Shown here one piece after another: positions 35,220 through 38,692 of a DNA stretch of 38,692 nt (positions are counted from its first letter, which is position 1; every line of letters starts with the position of its first letter). A program made the position numbers and the translations under genes. Source of the stretch: a virus. Taxonomy: Duplodnaviria > Caudoviricetes. The notes under the pieces were generated by a model that worked only from the letters and a program-made list of their open reading frames with translations, was not told the DNA's origin and made no database searches. The DNA is taken from positions 1 through 38,692 of IMG/VR virus record IMGVR_UViG_3300038314_001105; one strand, written 5' to 3'.

Positions 35220-35251
35220 TTGACAAGTGCCTTCTAAGTAAGGCATATATT
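35220..35251 (+). promoter_or_regulatory. Putative early promoter (TTGACA-N18-CATATA)
   Basis: Perfect -35; spacer holds TGCCTT/AAGGCA palindrome; GTCAA-N4-TTGAC overlaps the -35. Confidence 0.6.
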
Positions 35252-35349
35252 TAATCAGTTGTTTTGGGAGAAACAACTTACCTGCTTATTAAATAGTTAC
35301 TCTAGTGAAATAAGAGTGTCTGTTTTTATAGGCAAACAAGGAGATAGGG

Positions 35350-36111
35350 ATGATTAGTAAAGATGAAATTACAACAGAGGTTTATGCCTGCATGAGCGCT
35401 ATGGACCAGAGCTCTTTGGACTATGTTCTTGATGCTCTACCAAGGCTGGCCGAACAGAGTCTTTTCTTTCGTAACAACTTGGATGATCTGAATGCTGAGA
35501 AGAAATATATTGCCTACAAAGCCCACGATATATTCAGACTCCTGTCGATGCCGAGACTTGATGATGAATGTCCATGCTCATTCGCTAAGTTCTCTGATGT
35601 TACTATCCTTAAGTTCAATGAATTAAGAGGCCATTATCATTGGGGCTCTGTTTGGGGTGACAGGATTCGTGAGGAGTATGACTTCATTAAGTTCAAGGAT
35701 ACCGCCACTGGTTATGTTTGCATGATGACCAGAAACAAACTCAAGGGTGGTGGGACTTGGTGTGCATATGTGAGGGTTGAACCTAATCATCCACTTTTCC
35801 GGGTAAATACTTGTCTACCTTCTGAATATAGAAAAGTCGTTGATGCTCTTGAGTGTCCTGAATCAGTGAGCAGTAAGACATATGAGCTAGATGTCCATGG
35901 GGGTATTACCTGGCAAGGGATAGATCCAGAAGAGAGAGCTGAGGGATGGTGGATTGGTTTTGACTGTCTTCACAGTGACGACTTGTCCGCAGGGAGTAGA
36001 CACTTAGGATGTGAGTTCTCTGATATATATGTATGCCAGAGAGAAGTAATCCAGGGAGTTATAGGGTTAGCTAAACAACTAAAAGAGATGGAGATAGAAG
36101 ATGGAGAATAA
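35350..36111 (+). CDS. Conserved phage protein of unknown function
   Basis: WCAYV...DVHGGITW...WWIGFDCLH motif set, which I recognise from uncharacterised phage proteins. Confidence 0.75.
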   Translation: MISKDEITTEVYACMSAMDQSSLDYVLDALPRLAEQSLFFRNNLDDLNAEKKYIAYKAHDIFRLLSMPRLDDECPCSFAKFSDVTILKFNELRGHYHWGSVWGDRIREEYDFIKFKDTATGYVCMMTRNKLKGGGTWCAYVRVEPNHPLFRVNTCLPSEYRKVVDALECPESVSSKTYELDVHGGITWQGIDPEERAEGWWIGFDCLHSDDLSAGSRHLGCEFSDIYVCQREVIQGVIGLAKQLKEMEIEDGE

Positions 36112-36394
36112 GAAATCCGAGAAGGTTATTTGTCTTTGCAATAGGGACAAAGAGATCAAGGAAGCTGTTCGTATGGTCGAAGATGCTTCTAATAATATTC
36201 GTGTTGTTAATGAGTTTGTTCATGGGAGATGGAGTCATCAAAACAGAGAGGCATTCTTGGCTATCAAAAAGCTAACAGAGTTTGTCCAATGTCTTGATGA
36301 GCCTGGTGGGGTTCTTGAACTTGCTTCAGGTAAAGTTATTCGTCCATTCATGACAATGTTATTTGAAACGCCAGAGGGGGAAAGGGGAGACTGA
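36101..36394 (+). CDS. Hypothetical protein
   Basis: SD GGAG; overlap coupling. Confidence 0.65.
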   Translation: MENKKSEKVICLCNRDKEIKEAVRMVEDASNNIRVVNEFVHGRWSHQNREAFLAIKKLTEFVQCLDEPGGVLELASGKVIRPFMTMLFETPEGERGD

Positions 36395-36462
36395 TGTTAG
36401 AATTGGGGATGATCGTTACAATGTTCGTTGTTGCTGCCATCATTATTGATGTGATGAAGTAA
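36394..36462 (+). CDS. 22-aa hydrophobic peptide (not in ORF track)
   Basis: TGATG coupling, SD AGGGGAG; MLELGMIVTMFVVAAIIIDVMK. Confidence 0.5.
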   Translation: MLELGMIVTMFVVAAIIIDVMK

Positions 36463-36547
36463 AGACTAAACCTTAGCCTGGGTAAGCTAATCCAAAAAAC
36501 TGCCTAAACTATTAACCTCGTTTGGGAGAGCGAGAAGGAGATAAATA

Positions 36548-37429
36548 ATGAGTGCTAAGGTAGTTGAGATAGTAACAAACAAAATCATTGAGAAGTTAGA
36601 AGAGGGTGTTGTCCCTTGGAATAAACCATGGATGACAGTGGAAGCTCGTCCTAAGAACATGATCACCAAGAGGCCCTATAGAGGGATTAATGCTTTGATA
36701 GCATCTCCTATGGTCAGTGGCTATGAAGACCCTCATTGGATGACAGGTAATCAGATTCGCAAAATGGGAATGAAGCTGATGCCTGAGCAAAAGTACACTC
36801 CAATCTTGTTCTTCAATTGGATTGAGAAGACTGAGGAAGGGAAGACAAAGAAGATTCCTTTTATGAAGTTCTACAAGCACTACAACCGTAGGCAAATAGA
36901 AGGACATGAAGTTACTTGGCCTGTCAGTGATGAGTCTATTGGAGTTGTTAAGCCAGTAGAGGGTTGGGAGATTAAGGCAAAGGAGATGTTAGATACTTAT
37001 CTGTCAGCAGGTGGCCCTACACTAGAGGAAGGTAAGAGTGGTTGTTGGTATATGCCTTCAACTGATGTGGTGGGTATGCCATTCAAAGATAAGTTTCATT
37101 CTAATGCAGAGTATTGGAGTTCAATGTTCCATGAGATGACTCACTCAACAGGAGCTACCAAGAGGCTAGACAGGGAGTTGAAGGGATTCAATCATAACAG
37201 ACATGCTTACTCTGAGGAGGAGTTAGTTGCCGAGATGGGTGCTTGCTTCATGTTAGCAGACCTGGGGGTTGAGAGGCATATTAATAATTCAGCAGCATAC
37301 ATAGATGGTTGGTTGAAGAAGCTTAAGGGAGATAGGAGCTTCCTAGTGAAGGCATCCCAAAGAGCACAGAAGGCTTATGACTACATGAAAGGAGAAGGTT
37401 ATGTGTCAGCAAATAAAGAAGCAGCATGA
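36548..37429 (+). CDS. ardC: ArdC-family antirestriction ssDNA-binding / zincin protein
   Basis: LEEGVVPWNKPW, PYRGIN, WMT..Q, HEMTH.TG...RL.R, Y..EELVAE. Confidence 0.92.
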   Translation: MSAKVVEIVTNKIIEKLEEGVVPWNKPWMTVEARPKNMITKRPYRGINALIASPMVSGYEDPHWMTGNQIRKMGMKLMPEQKYTPILFFNWIEKTEEGKTKKIPFMKFYKHYNRRQIEGHEVTWPVSDESIGVVKPVEGWEIKAKEMLDTYLSAGGPTLEEGKSGCWYMPSTDVVGMPFKDKFHSNAEYWSSMFHEMTHSTGATKRLDRELKGFNHNRHAYSEEELVAEMGACFMLADLGVERHINNSAAYIDGWLKKLKGDRSFLVKASQRAQKAYDYMKGEGYVSANKEAA

Positions 37430-37580
37430 GGAACTAGATGATGATGGCATCCCAATGCCCAAGGATTTTGAGTTGGGTCTTGATGTCTCAGAATTAATTT
37501 CAATAGGAAAAAGAATGAGGGAGAGAAATCAATTAGCTCCTCTATTCAAGGCATGGATGGAGATTCTTAATGGGAAATAA
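37401..37580 (+). CDS. 59-aa hypothetical protein (not in ORF track)
   Basis: SD AAGGAG; overlaps the ardC end; fills a gap. Confidence 0.6.
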   Translation: MCQQIKKQHEELDDDGIPMPKDFELGLDVSELISIGKRMRERNQLAPLFKAWMEILNGK

Positions 37581-37725
37581 CTCGGATGATCACAGTAAAT
37601 TAGAGGCTCTTATCCTTGAGATTTATGCCTGTAATAGGACACATATTTATCCTGATGAACAACAGTTAGTGGCCATTAAGAAGTTAGCTACTAAACTCAA
37701 TATAAATGTGGAGGCTTGGGAATGA
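37570..37725 (+). CDS. 51-aa hypothetical protein (not in ORF track)
   Basis: SD GGAG; ATGA overlap with the next gene. Confidence 0.6.
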   Translation: MGNNSDDHSKLEALILEIYACNRTHIYPDEQQLVAIKKLATKLNINVEAWE

Positions 37726-37985
37726 CCAAAAAAGCAAAAGAACAAAAGCTAATTCTTCATGATAAGGGAAGGGACTTAGCTCGTCATTGCAGTGAGTTGT
37801 TCGAGAACAATAGGGCGCTATGGATGGCATTGAAGGAGCCAGCGAGAGAACCAGTCGGGAGAGATGCTTTGAGCCTAGCTAGGAAATTTGTCGCAATGCA
37901 GCATGACGAGATAATAAAGCTTGGAGAGACTATTGGGCTATGTCCCATTACGATGGACCACATGAATGGTTGGAGGGGGGAATGA
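37722..37985 (+). CDS. Hypothetical protein
   Basis: SD GGAGG; ATGA coupling on both sides. Confidence 0.65.
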   Translation: MTKKAKEQKLILHDKGRDLARHCSELFENNRALWMALKEPAREPVGRDALSLARKFVAMQHDEIIKLGETIGLCPITMDHMNGWRGE

Positions 37986-38476
37986 GTGAAGACAATTACG
38001 TGTGTGTCTGCCCAGGTAGTAATTCTCCCTATATATGCAGAGCTTGTGAAGCAAGGGAGAGGTTCGAAGCTATAGACGACAGGATAGAAGAGTTCTGTGG
38101 GAACTGTGACAGCTTAACCAAGAACGTCTTAGGAGAAGATGAGATATGTGAAGACTGTATGTGCTTCTATCAGGAGAAGTACATAAGGAAGGCAATCATT
38201 AGGGACCTCTGTGGTCTAGATTATTCGCTCCATGAGTTGAGAGATCATTTGTGTTCAGCCAAAGATACGCTGATGGAGAGTTCTATCTACTGGTTGATTG
38301 CTTGGCTTAAGGATGAGTTCAATTGGAGATTAGATACTCATGATATTCCAGACATAATTCATTCTATAGCAAAGAAGGAAGACTATGCCTGGGCTGATAA
38401 GATACTAATTCTTGATGTAACCATGAAGTGGAGAGCCTCGATGAAAGAGGTAGAGGAGATTCAGAATGAGTCCTGA
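37982..38476 (+). CDS. Cys-rich (possibly zinc-binding) hypothetical protein
   Basis: CxC and three CxxC motifs; SD GGAGG; start moved to 37982. Confidence 0.65.
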   Translation: MSEDNYVCVCPGSNSPYICRACEARERFEAIDDRIEEFCGNCDSLTKNVLGEDEICEDCMCFYQEKYIRKAIIRDLCGLDYSLHELRDHLCSAKDTLMESSIYWLIAWLKDEFNWRLDTHDIPDIIHSIAKKEDYAWADKILILDVTMKWRASMKEVEEIQNES

Positions 38477-38692
38477 AGAAAGAGAGATGATTATGGGGAT
38501 GCTTAAGGGTCGTCCTGAACTGATATTTAGTGAGCTTGGTAGAGAAAGTATTTACGCATCTATCAAAAAAGCAGTTGAAGAGAATCATCCGGGAATGAGC
38601 CAGGATGAAAAGATAGCAAAGGCGAGTGAAGTAATAGGGGAAGTCCAGAGTATGATTACGGAAATCCTCGTATTCCTCAAGGGTCCTAAAGA
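38466..38692 (+). CDS. Hypothetical protein spanning the window junction (stop at 32-34)
   Basis: SD GAGGAG; open to the window end and continues GPKENMKMLN* across the 11-nt overlap. Confidence 0.7.
   Translation, partial: MSPEEREMIMGMLKGRPELIFSELGRESIYASIKKAVEENHPGMSQDEKIAKASEVIGEVQSMITEILVFLKGPK

Larger units (their letters stand above)
1..38692. mobile_element. Probable complete Caudoviricetes (podovirus-like) phage genome, circularly permuted
   Basis: Terminase-portal-scaffold-capsid-nozzle-ejection-fibre-lysis set plus replication module. No tape measure or sheath recognised and no host genes. GGTCCTAAAGA is at both 2-12 and 38682-38692. Confidence 0.9.

Noticed and set aside
1-38692. 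Stop-codon reassignment (code 15 or 4)
   Set aside because: All long genes are intact under code 11, and TAG, TGA and TAA are each used as coupled stops.

Overview
The window looks like a complete ~38.7 kb tailed-phage genome, probably a podovirus: the two ends overlap by 11 nt and the join restores one ORF. The + strand carries early genes (34003-38692, small unknowns plus ArdC) and a lambdoid-type recombination/replication module (Sak4, SSB, initiator, DnaC-like loader, RusA; 47-4094). One long minus-strand late operon runs from a TerS candidate through GNAT, TerL, portal, scaffold, MCP, adaptor, nozzle, three ejection proteins and a LamG tail fibre to the lysis cassette with an M15 endolysin. 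I found no integrase, repressor, DNA/RNA polymerase, reverse transcriptase, tRNA or Rz/Rz1 spanin. Three things stand out. (1) The holin-like gene ends in a canonical -1 slippery heptamer leading into a start-less, translationally coupled frame of amphipathic beta-strands with an outer-membrane-type C-terminus, a possible frameshift-made spanin substitute. (2) A ~3.7 kb mostly non-coding block (30218-33970) around a single orphan gene holds hairpin arrays with compensatory base changes, a 250-nt rod whose transition mismatches are all G-U on the + strand, and several repeated motifs, consistent with large structured phage ncRNA(s). (3) A 72-nt hairpin at the replication promoter exposes a loop complementary to the RBS of two other phage genes. 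All alignments and folds were done by hand and no database search was run.
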